Translations under genes and position numbers: made by a program
From: Blastococcus sp.
GTDB taxonomy: Bacteria > Actinomycetota > Actinomycetes > Mycobacteriales > Geodermatophilaceae
Direction: 5' to 3'
DNA length: 64,000 nt
Assembly: GCA_041640835.1 (NCBI GenBank)
Contig: JBEPZM010000001.1
Coordinates: forward strand, 25,098 to 89,097
Notes under the pieces: model-generated
Databases searched by the model: none
Told to the model about the DNA's origin: nothing
What the model saw: only the letters and a program-made list of their open reading frames with translations
Shown here: one piece after another, positions 32,063 through 39,495 of the stretch
Position numbering within the stretch: position 1 is the stretch's first letter
Layout of the letters: every line of letters begins with the position of its first letter

Positions 32063-32716
32063 TCAGCCGTAAGGAGATTCGCCTGGTTGGGGGATGAGCC
32101 GATTGCTTCCGGACTTCACCGGTAGGCGGCGTCCGCTGAAGACGTCGAGCAGGGCCTTCCCGACCCTGGTCTCGTCCGTCGCGGCCGAGACGTTGAACCG
32201 GACGCGACCGATGTCGGGCCGGACGTCGGCGACCGGCTCGGCCGGATCGACGACCGCCAGGGTCACGACGAAGGAGCTGACGGTGGAGACGATTGCTCGC
32301 ACCCCGCTGCGCCGTCGTGCATCAACGGGCCACCAGCCGCTCGCGGACAGCCGCTTCGCCTCGTCGCTCGCCTCCGCCGTCCAACCCCACATGCTTCTCC
32401 AGGAGAAGTCCAGGTCGTCGTGGTGCAGCCAGCGCGGACCGGCCTGCTGCACGAACAGGACGCTCCAGGGGTCGAACGCGGCGACCAGCTGCCGCTCGTC
32501 CACGAACGGTCGCCGGCCCATCTCCAGCACCTCGTCCGCGTCGTAGTGGACGACCTCGGCGTCCTCGGCCGCCGTGCTCGAGCGCGCGCTGCTGCGGTAC
32601 GGCGTGAGGAGGCCGGTGTCACTGGCCTGTCGGACGGCGATCGGGGTGATGCCCCAGAAGCGGGCCACCTGCCGCGCACTGACGAGGAGTCGGCGTTCCT
32701 CCGGGGTGCTGGTCAC
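32063..32716 (-). CDS. Hypothetical protein with N-terminal MerR/excisionase-like HTH
   Basis: VSARQVARFWGITPIAVRQASDTGLLTP...YDADEV; C-terminal WGW...GWWPV domain; TAGTCT -10 box 6 nt upstream. Confidence 0.7.
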   Translation of the reverse strand: MTSTPEERRLLVSARQVARFWGITPIAVRQASDTGLLTPYRSSARSSTAAEDAEVVHYDADEVLEMGRRPFVDERQLVAAFDPWSVLFVQQAGPRWLHHDDLDFSWRSMWGWTAEASDEAKRLSASGWWPVDARRRSGVRAIVSTVSSFVVTLAVVDPAEPVADVRPDIGRVRFNVSAATDETRVGKALLDVFSGRRLPVKSGSNRLIPQPGESPYG

Positions 32717-32856
32717 CCATCGAGACTAGGGCAGCGAGCCCGGCGCAGAGTCGTCTGGGTGGGGTAACCTGCTCCGTATTGGTCACCTATCAGGTGCGTC
32801 TTACGTGTCCTGGCCCGTGCGGAAGGAGCCTCGTGACCCTCCCGCTCGTGACCGAC

Positions 32857-33465
32857 TCAGGGAATCGACGTCTCCCGGCCCTGGACCACGGCGCGGTGAG
32901 CAAGGATCGCGTCCACCGCCGCCGTCCAGTCGTGGACCCGAGGTCCGGGCACGTGCCGGTTGTAGGGCTGGTCGAACACGAGCGCGGTCAGCCCGGCAGC
33001 GCGGAACGCTTCGAGGTTGGTCGGACTGTCGTCGAGATAGAGGTCGGCGCCCACCTCTGGCTTCGTGGCCATGAAGCACAGGTCGCGGAACGGGATCCGG
33101 TGCCGCTCCAACCAGGTCACGGTGTCGCCCGCGGCAGCGCCGTGGCCCCCGTTGACCACCAATCGGTGGGTGATCACGCGGATGTGGACGCCGGCGTCCG
33201 AGAGTCGCCACAGCGCGGCGGACACCCCGGGCAGCGGCTCGAGGTCGCGGAACAGGCCGGCGTGGACCGCGCGCGCGTGCAGGTCGAGGTACTCGTCGCG
33301 GGAGGGGATGTCCCAGCCGCAGAGCGACCAGTCCCAGTCGACGGGGTCGGGCAGTGTCTCCGGCGCCACCCCGCGCTCGGCGGCGACGAACCGCCGGAAG
33401 CCGCCGGTGTAGTCCGCGCAGACGCCGTCCAGATCGAGGCCGAGGACGAATGGGCTGGTGCTCAC
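32857..33465 (-). CDS. 5'(3')-deoxyribonucleotidase, NT5C-type HAD phosphatase
   Basis: GLDLDGVCAD, LFRDLEPLPG, ITHR, K...DLYLDDSPTN, FDQPYNR. Confidence 0.9.
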   Translation of the reverse strand: MSTSPFVLGLDLDGVCADYTGGFRRFVAAERGVAPETLPDPVDWDWSLCGWDIPSRDEYLDLHARAVHAGLFRDLEPLPGVSAALWRLSDAGVHIRVITHRLVVNGGHGAAAGDTVTWLERHRIPFRDLCFMATKPEVGADLYLDDSPTNLEAFRAAGLTALVFDQPYNRHVPGPRVHDWTAAVDAILAHRAVVQGRETSIP

Positions 33466-33558
33466 GGTCCCGGTGTCGGCAGCCGGGCACCGCCTCTTGA
33501 CCCCGCCGTCCTCCCGGTCCCTCGACATGGGGACCGTTCCGACCAGCTGGGAGCGCAC

Positions 33559-33822
33559 GTGAACACAACGCACAACCCGATCAACGGCCGCCTGGCCTAT
33601 CCCTCAGACCCCCCGAACACGCTCGATCGGCGGTCCGACACGGCTCCCGACCGCGCCCCGGCGCGGGGCAGGGACCACGCCCCCGGGCGGCTGTGCTGGT
33701 GCGGCGCCTCGATCGAGTGGACGGGCCAGCTCGGGCCGGACCGCTCGTGGCTCGAGCGGTGTGACGGAGGCGAGCAGCACCACACGCGCACCGACTGGCT
33801 CTCCTACGTGGACGTCGCCTGA
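33559..33822 (+). CDS. Small hypothetical protein
   Basis: GGGAG RBS then GTG; 87 aa with H..LCWCG...C...HH; fills the gap between NT5C and the LRV gene. Confidence 0.4.
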   Translation: MNTTHNPINGRLAYPSDPPNTLDRRSDTAPDRAPARGRDHAPGRLCWCGASIEWTGQLGPDRSWLERCDGGEQHHTRTDWLSYVDVA

Positions 33823-35474
33823 CCCGCGGCGTCGGCGACCAGGGCGCCGGCCGAGCACCGGCCCAGAGCGGTGAGGACGCCGTCCTCGCGTGCGTCCAGC
33901 TCGACGGCGAGCCGGACCCGCTCCGGCCACGACCCCGGGTGGGTCAGGAGCGCGTGGCCCAGGGCCCAGGCCCGGACGTCCTCGGCCAGGTCGCCGACGA
34001 CCTCGTCGCCCTCCAACCAGCTGTACAGGGCCTCGTGCCGCACCGGGAGCGACAAGGCGGAATGTGCGGCGATCGCGCGCAGGGTCGGCGCGTGCTGCCG
34101 GTGCTCGTGCAGCAGGCGGTCGGCCAGCGCCGCGGTGCACCGGTCGTCGGCGGCGACGCGGGCCGGCAGGTCGCCGTCGGAGTGGGCGTAGGTCCAGAAC
34201 TCGGTCGGCCCGTGGGCGTCGAGCAGGCGGTCGGCCAGTTCCTCCCACGCGCCGTCGTCCCAGGGATCCTCGTCGTGGAGTTCGAGGAGGTCCTCCGGTC
34301 GACACAGCTCCGCCTCGAGCAGGAGCATCCGCACCGGCCAGCGGAATCGGCTCAGCGGGATCGCGGTGAGCAGCTCGACGTGGTGCCCCGTGCACAGGGC
34401 GTCGAAGAGCGCCTCCGTGCCGAGGTCAGCCCAGGCTTCTCCGGGGCGGTCGACGAGAAGCGTGTAGGCCGCTCCGGAGAGCTGCCGGCCGGCGAGCTCG
34501 ACGAGCAGCGCGGACGGCAGCCCGGGGTTGTCGGCGAGCGCGAGCAGGATCTCGGCGGCCGGCTCGGAGTCGGGATCCCGCTCCTCCAGCTCCACCGCGT
34601 CGGCGAGCGCCAGCCGGGCCAGGTCCTCGGGCAGCGCGGGATTGCGCAGCGCCACCAGCCGGACGTCGGTGGACGGGTCCACGCAGACCTGTGCGAGCAG
34701 CTCCGGCGGCAGGGCGGGGTTCTCGGCCGCCGCGGCCCGGAACCTGTCGTGCGCCCGAACGGTCGTCCGGCGGAGGACGTCCACGTCGTCGGTCCGCCGG
34801 AGGACGTCCGCGACGACGTCCTCGCTGACGTCCGCGGGCCGCACGCTCGGCCGCCAGGAGCACTCGCCGAGCGCCTCCCGGGTCAGCTCGACGGACAAGC
34901 GGCCTCGGTAGTCCGGGTCGAAGCCCGAGCCCGGCAGAGGGATGGGCGGCTGGACCACGGCCGGGGTGGCCTGCGGCCGGCGAGTCCTCGTCGCGAGCCG
35001 GGGTCGCGGGAACCGCTCCTCGTAGGCCCGCTGGACGAGGTCGTCCTGGTGCGTGAGCGCGGCGCCGTGGACGAGCAGTTCGTCGACCGCCGGATTCCGC
35101 ACGAGTGCGCAGACCACGTCGGCGTCCGGGTCGAGAGCGAGGACGGAGGCGACCGGGTCCGGGACGTCGCGGCGAGCGGCGACCGCGGTCCGGACGTGCG
35201 CCGGTGCGCCGTCGATGACGAGAGCCAGTCGCTCCGGCGACCCAGCGAGGGCCTCGAGGAGCAGCGCCGCGTCCGGCGAGGTGACGTGGAGAGCGTTGAG
35301 GACGGGATCCACGTCCTCCCTGTGGTCCGCGGTGGTCTCGGCGAGGGCGAACACCAGCGCGGTCGCCGCGACGTCCTCGCCGTCCCAGAGCCCGCGCTCA
35401 GCAGCCCAGACCCAGGGGTTCGCGGCCGGGAACCATCGATCGATTTCGTGCAGCTCACTCACGCTGACGGGCAT
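33804..35474 (-). CDS. Leucine-rich repeat variant (LRV/HEAT-like) repeat protein
   Basis: Repeats VRTAVAARRDVP, VVCALVRNPAV, RAAAAENPALPPELL, VRLVALRNPALP, LLALADNPGLP; start uncertain. Confidence 0.75.
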   Translation of the reverse strand: MPVSVSELHEIDRWFPAANPWVWAAERGLWDGEDVAATALVFALAETTADHREDVDPVLNALHVTSPDAALLLEALAGSPERLALVIDGAPAHVRTAVAARRDVPDPVASVLALDPDADVVCALVRNPAVDELLVHGAALTHQDDLVQRAYEERFPRPRLATRTRRPQATPAVVQPPIPLPGSGFDPDYRGRLSVELTREALGECSWRPSVRPADVSEDVVADVLRRTDDVDVLRRTTVRAHDRFRAAAAENPALPPELLAQVCVDPSTDVRLVALRNPALPEDLARLALADAVELEERDPDSEPAAEILLALADNPGLPSALLVELAGRQLSGAAYTLLVDRPGEAWADLGTEALFDALCTGHHVELLTAIPLSRFRWPVRMLLLEAELCRPEDLLELHDEDPWDDGAWEELADRLLDAHGPTEFWTYAHSDGDLPARVAADDRCTAALADRLLHEHRQHAPTLRAIAAHSALSLPVRHEALYSWLEGDEVVGDLAEDVRAWALGHALLTHPGSWPERVRLAVELDAREDGVLTALGRCSAGALVADAAGQATST

Positions 35475-35581
35475 CGGCGCGTGGACCGGGGAAGTGGAGT
35501 CGGGTCGGGCGGAATCCCTCGTGGTGGCGAAACGTCGTCGTTCCGCTGTGGTCTCGTCCCGCTGATGCCGATGGAGCGCGT

Positions 35582-37279
35582 GTGACGGGGACCCTGAGAC
35601 CGGTGCTGCTGGGCGGCTACGCCGCGAAACGATGCCCGCGTGCGACGCACAACGAGTACGACCGCACCGTGCCGCGTGTCCAGTGGCTGCCGGACGTCGA
35701 GGTCCAGGCGCGCATGGACGAGGGGCGCAGCTTCGAGGACGACGTCGTCGCGGCGCTGCTGGCCGCGTCGCCGGACGCGGTGGACCTGCGCAGTCACGAC
35801 GATGACAAGGCGACGCACGTCGCCGAGACGGTGCGCGCCCTCCGGGCCGGCGCACCGTTGATCATCGGCGGGCGCTTGCCGGACGACCTGGCAGGCGGCC
35901 GGACGGGAAAGCCGGACCTGCTGATCCGCGGGGCGGACCGCCCCGACGGCTCGCCCGCCTTCCACGTGGGCGACATCAAGCACCACCTGGCGACGCGGCA
36001 GAAGCGCGGCGCGCCGGTGCTGGTCAGCACGCCGTCGGCCCCAGGGCTCGCGGCCGCGACCGAGCGGGACACCGCAACCCTGCGCTGGCGCGAGGAGGAC
36101 TGCCTGCAGCTCGCCCACTACTGGCGGCTGCTGGAGGCGTGCGGCTTCGCTGCGGACGAGCCGTGGGGAGCGGTGCTGGGCACCGACGGGCCGAAGGGGT
36201 ACGTGGCCGACCCGCTCGCCCTGGTGTGGCACGACCTGTCCGACGCCGTCTTCGAGACGTTCTCGCGCTCCTCCGGCAGGGCGCGGCGCTCTGCGCTGGA
36301 GCGCTACGACCACGAGCACGCGTTCCGGGTGGACGTCGCCCTGGTGGCTCGGCAACGGAAGGACGGGGCAGACCTCCCGGATCCGCTGGTGCTGCCGATC
36401 GGCCACGCGGAATGCGGCGAGTGCAGGTGGGCCCCGGTCTGCGTGGACACGCTGCCGGACGACGACCTGAGCAACGAGCTGCGTGCAGACCTGTCGATCC
36501 GCGAGTACCTGACCTTGCGCACCGCCCGGGTGGAGACCGTGGCGGAGCTCGCCACCGCGGACCTGGACGGCCTGCTGACCGACGACTACCACCGGGAGAC
36601 CGGCCACCTGCGGTCGCGGGTCAAGCGGCTGGAGAAGGCGCAGCTGAACGCTCAGCTGGCCCAGGCGGGCGTCGTCATCCGCCGGCGTGAGGATGCGCCC
36701 GACATCCCGGCTGGGGACGTCGAGTACGACGTCGACTGCGAATGGAGCCCCGCTGGGCACGTCTACCTGTGGGGCGTGCTCCGGACGGAGAGTGGCGAGA
36801 GCACCTATACGCCATTCCTGGACCTGACGGTGGCGGACGACGAAGCCGAGTACGCACTGCTCGTCCGCTTCCTGGAGTGGCTGGACGCACAGATCGGTGC
36901 CGACGTGGCGGTCGGTCGCAGGACCGAGGTCTTCTACTACTCGCCGGCGGAGCAGACCCGGATCACGCGCGTGACCGACGCTCTCGGCCGGTCGCTGCCG
37001 CCGCTGTGCGCCGAGGCTGCGCCGGACGCCTGGGTCGACCTGCTGCCGTACGTGAAGGCAAGCGTGGACAGCCGATTCGGGCACGGACTCAAGGTGGTCG
37101 CTGTGTATGGCGCCGAGTTCGCGTGGAAGGACGAGGAACCCAGCGGCCTCCAGTCGCAGCTTTGGTACGAGAGGGCCGTGGAAGGCGACACGGTCGCAGA
37201 GGCTCGGTTGCTCACATACAACAAGGACGACGTGGCAGCCACCATGAGCCTTCGCTCCTGGTTGGTCGCACGGCAGTGA
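35582..37279 (+). CDS. TM0106 family RecB/Cas4-like nuclease with C-terminal RNase_H_2 (DEDD) domain
   Basis: GKPDLL...GDIK, LQLAHY, C(18)+CGECRWAPVC, DCE...YLWG...VDL...GLK...YNKDDV. Confidence 0.88.
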   Translation: MTGTLRPVLLGGYAAKRCPRATHNEYDRTVPRVQWLPDVEVQARMDEGRSFEDDVVAALLAASPDAVDLRSHDDDKATHVAETVRALRAGAPLIIGGRLPDDLAGGRTGKPDLLIRGADRPDGSPAFHVGDIKHHLATRQKRGAPVLVSTPSAPGLAAATERDTATLRWREEDCLQLAHYWRLLEACGFAADEPWGAVLGTDGPKGYVADPLALVWHDLSDAVFETFSRSSGRARRSALERYDHEHAFRVDVALVARQRKDGADLPDPLVLPIGHAECGECRWAPVCVDTLPDDDLSNELRADLSIREYLTLRTARVETVAELATADLDGLLTDDYHRETGHLRSRVKRLEKAQLNAQLAQAGVVIRRREDAPDIPAGDVEYDVDCEWSPAGHVYLWGVLRTESGESTYTPFLDLTVADDEAEYALLVRFLEWLDAQIGADVAVGRRTEVFYYSPAEQTRITRVTDALGRSLPPLCAEAAPDAWVDLLPYVKASVDSRFGHGLKVVAVYGAEFAWKDEEPSGLQSQLWYERAVEGDTVAEARLLTYNKDDVAATMSLRSWLVARQ

Positions 37280-37290
37280 GGGGCTGGGAT

Positions 37291-38613
37291 ATGGACTGGC
37301 GCAACGTCATCGCCGGATGGGCAGATTACGGAGAGTTCGGTCCGAACTTCGACCCTTTGCGATACCTGCATGAGGACCAGGTCACCGCCATGTTTGCGCA
37401 AACCCTCTCCCGTGGTCGCTACGGCGCTGAGGGGGAGTGGCCAATGAGGACCCTCCTCAGCTCCGAGAGAGAGCCTCTGAACGGAACTCCGAGCGCCGTA
37501 ATTAGCCAGACCAAGCGGAACTGGGGAATCGCCTGGCATCCACTGATGCCGAAGAGTGAAGGAAGTGGTGGTCCTGATCTCCTGCTCGTAGATGATCGGG
37601 GAGTCCTGCGCGCGGTTATCGAGAATAAAGTCGACGCCAAAATCAACGAACGGGTGACAACTCGCCCCGGGGTCTGCCCTTCGCAGCTTTGTCAGTATGT
37701 TTACGACGTAAAGAACTGGACTGCTCAGGGGCCTAAATGGGCACGGGGATTGGATCTGCACTTGTCACGGGGCGGAGCGAGCGCGGTCAGATTTCTCCTC
37801 CTGAGCGCCAAAGCCCCGGCGATGCTGAAGGCTAACCCCTGTCTTTGCGCGGGCCAAGACTCTTGGGAAGTCATCTCCTATGACTCTTGGTATCGCGAGC
37901 TCGAGAAATGGGCGGCGCAATGTATTCTCGAAAAGAATGGCTCGGATGCGCGCCGCTTTCGGTTCCTGATGAACTTGTTGCATGACAGTACCTGGAAGGC
38001 CAATCGCAGCACGCCGAACGGGGCGCCGGATCGCGGTCAGGTAGTTACCCCCAGCATGCTGGCGGACTTTTATGCCGCGACCGAAGGGTCGAGTACTTCG
38101 ACCGCCGGCGCTGTCTTGTCTCGTATCATCGCATTTTTCTGTCGGGCGGCCGAAAGTGACCTCTGCGCGGAGATTGACCAGAAGTTCCCGGATCGGCAAG
38201 TCAGCTTCCATGCGCTTGGCGACGCGGTCGGACTGCAGTTGCGCATGCCGGCGGGTAGAACGACCGCCCTCCTCGGGATAGCCCCCCTTTCGGATGGCTC
38301 GACTAGGGGCTACTACCCCCTCGATGCGCCAGCGCCGATGGGTCTACTCATAGTCCGGGCAGGCACTGGTCGTGAAGCGGAAAGGATCCGGAACTGGATT
38401 TCTGCCCACGACTGGCTGCAGTCCAGCCAGCCAGTTACATATCAGCAGAAGTTGGAGTGCTCTACCGCGCTCCGGTCCGCGGGCGTTCAAGCAGGTCGGG
38501 ACTTGACTACGTGTGCGGTTGCTCGATTTCACCCTTTGCATAGCCCAGGTTCAGTGAGACGGAACTACCGCGCAGTGCTGATGCAACTCACTGAGGAGTT
38601 GGCAGCTTTGTAG
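37291..38613 (+). CDS. PD-(D/E)XK nuclease-domain protein (PDDEXK_4-like), low GC
   Basis: HEDQVT...GPDLLL...IENKVDA...SQLCQY...VISY; sampled 60-mers are about 53-57% GC. Confidence 0.78.
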   Translation: MDWRNVIAGWADYGEFGPNFDPLRYLHEDQVTAMFAQTLSRGRYGAEGEWPMRTLLSSEREPLNGTPSAVISQTKRNWGIAWHPLMPKSEGSGGPDLLLVDDRGVLRAVIENKVDAKINERVTTRPGVCPSQLCQYVYDVKNWTAQGPKWARGLDLHLSRGGASAVRFLLLSAKAPAMLKANPCLCAGQDSWEVISYDSWYRELEKWAAQCILEKNGSDARRFRFLMNLLHDSTWKANRSTPNGAPDRGQVVTPSMLADFYAATEGSSTSTAGAVLSRIIAFFCRAAESDLCAEIDQKFPDRQVSFHALGDAVGLQLRMPAGRTTALLGIAPLSDGSTRGYYPLDAPAPMGLLIVRAGTGREAERIRNWISAHDWLQSSQPVTYQQKLECSTALRSAGVQAGRDLTTCAVARFHPLHSPGSVRRNYRAVLMQLTEELAAL

Positions 38614-38733
38614 TGACGCCTGGGCGCCAAATGCGGTGCGCGAATGCAGTGGCCGCCGGGCAGTAGAAAGCTCATGACGTCGTAGGACCGGTTGTTGCCC
38701 CTGGCTCGACTGCGACTCCCGGACCGGCGGGCG

Positions 38734-39405
38734 TCACCGGCGTGCGGCGAGAACCTCTCGGCCGCGGTCGGAGGCGGGGAACCGGTCGATCATGGCGCGC
38801 AGCTGCTCGGCGTCGACGTGGGCGCCGAAGGGCTCGGTGCCTGGTTCGAGACGCACGCCGTCCGCCAGGGGGCCGGCGACGACGGGGTCGAAGCCCAGGT
38901 CGGAGACGATCCGGGCAACCGCGTCGAGGTCGGCGACCTCGTCCCCGGCGATCGCGATCGCCTTCCGGCCGGGAGCGCCGTCGGGGCGGGCTCCGCCTTC
39001 GAGGTCGTGGTAGCCCATGTGGTTGAACGCCTTCACCACCCGGGACTCCCGCAGGAACGACTGGACGATCTCGCTGGTGGAGGTGAGCGGATCGGTGAGG
39101 TCGTCGCGGACGCCGTCGATCTCCCACCAGTAGTTCATCGCGTCGATGACCAGCTTCCCGGCCAGTGCGTCGACCGGGAGCGCGCGGTGCTTGCCCAGCG
39201 GCAGAGCCAGGACGACGACGTCGGCCTTGAGCGCGGCCTCGGCCGCGGAGGTGGCGGTCGCCCCTGGGACGAGCACCTCGACGGTCAGCGCGATCTTGGC
39301 CGGGTCGCCCGAGCCGGCGATCAGCACGTCGTACCCGGCCGCGAGCGCGAGCCGGGCGAGCACGGTGCCCACCTTGCCGGCGCCGAGAATGCCGAGCGTG
39401 GTCAT
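38734..39405 (-). CDS. NADPH-dependent F420 reductase-like oxidoreductase
   Basis: GAGKVG, LALP, IDAMNY, VVKAFNH, GFDPV. Confidence 0.88.
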   Translation of the reverse strand: MTTLGILGAGKVGTVLARLALAAGYDVLIAGSGDPAKIALTVEVLVPGATATSAAEAALKADVVVLALPLGKHRALPVDALAGKLVIDAMNYWWEIDGVRDDLTDPLTSTSEIVQSFLRESRVVKAFNHMGYHDLEGGARPDGAPGRKAIAIAGDEVADLDAVARIVSDLGFDPVVAGPLADGVRLEPGTEPFGAHVDAEQLRAMIDRFPASDRGREVLAARR

Positions 39406-39453
39406 GGGGGAGACCTCTTCCCGAGAGAATGAAGTTGAGCGTTCATCTTCGCT

Positions 39454-39478
39454 AACAGCTCGGCGTCGCCGGTGTTCC
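39454..39478 (-). promoter_or_regulatory. SigR/SigH-type ECF promoter
   Basis: Minus strand GGAAC-N17-GTT upstream of the oxidoreductase; ATGAA-N8-TTCAT inverted repeat at 39429-39446. Confidence 0.5.
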
Positions 39479-39495
39479 TGCCCTTCGCGACGCGC

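Larger units (their letters stand above)
27742..38613. mobile_element. Accessory island of hypothetical, phage-type and nuclease genes (no integrase seen)
   Basis: Abrupt switch from metabolic genes to 12 unknown or nucleic-acid-processing genes; low-GC terminal gene; no att repeats or tRNA found. Confidence 0.45.

Noticed and set aside
35511-35536. SigR-like promoter before TM0106 (GGAAT-N18-GTC)
   Set aside because: Imperfect -10 element; too weak to call
35582-37279. Possible CRISPR-Cas locus suggested by the Cas4-like motifs
   Set aside because: No repeat-spacer array or other cas genes anywhere in the window
36742-37290. N-terminal extension of the PD-(D/E)XK ORF overlapping TM0106
   Set aside because: Low-complexity off-frame sequence; ATG at 37291 after the TM0106 stop is more plausible
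27648-38733. Intact prophage or ICE with att sites
   Set aside because: No integrase, structural, conjugation or replication genes; no tRNA; no direct repeats seen at the two borders
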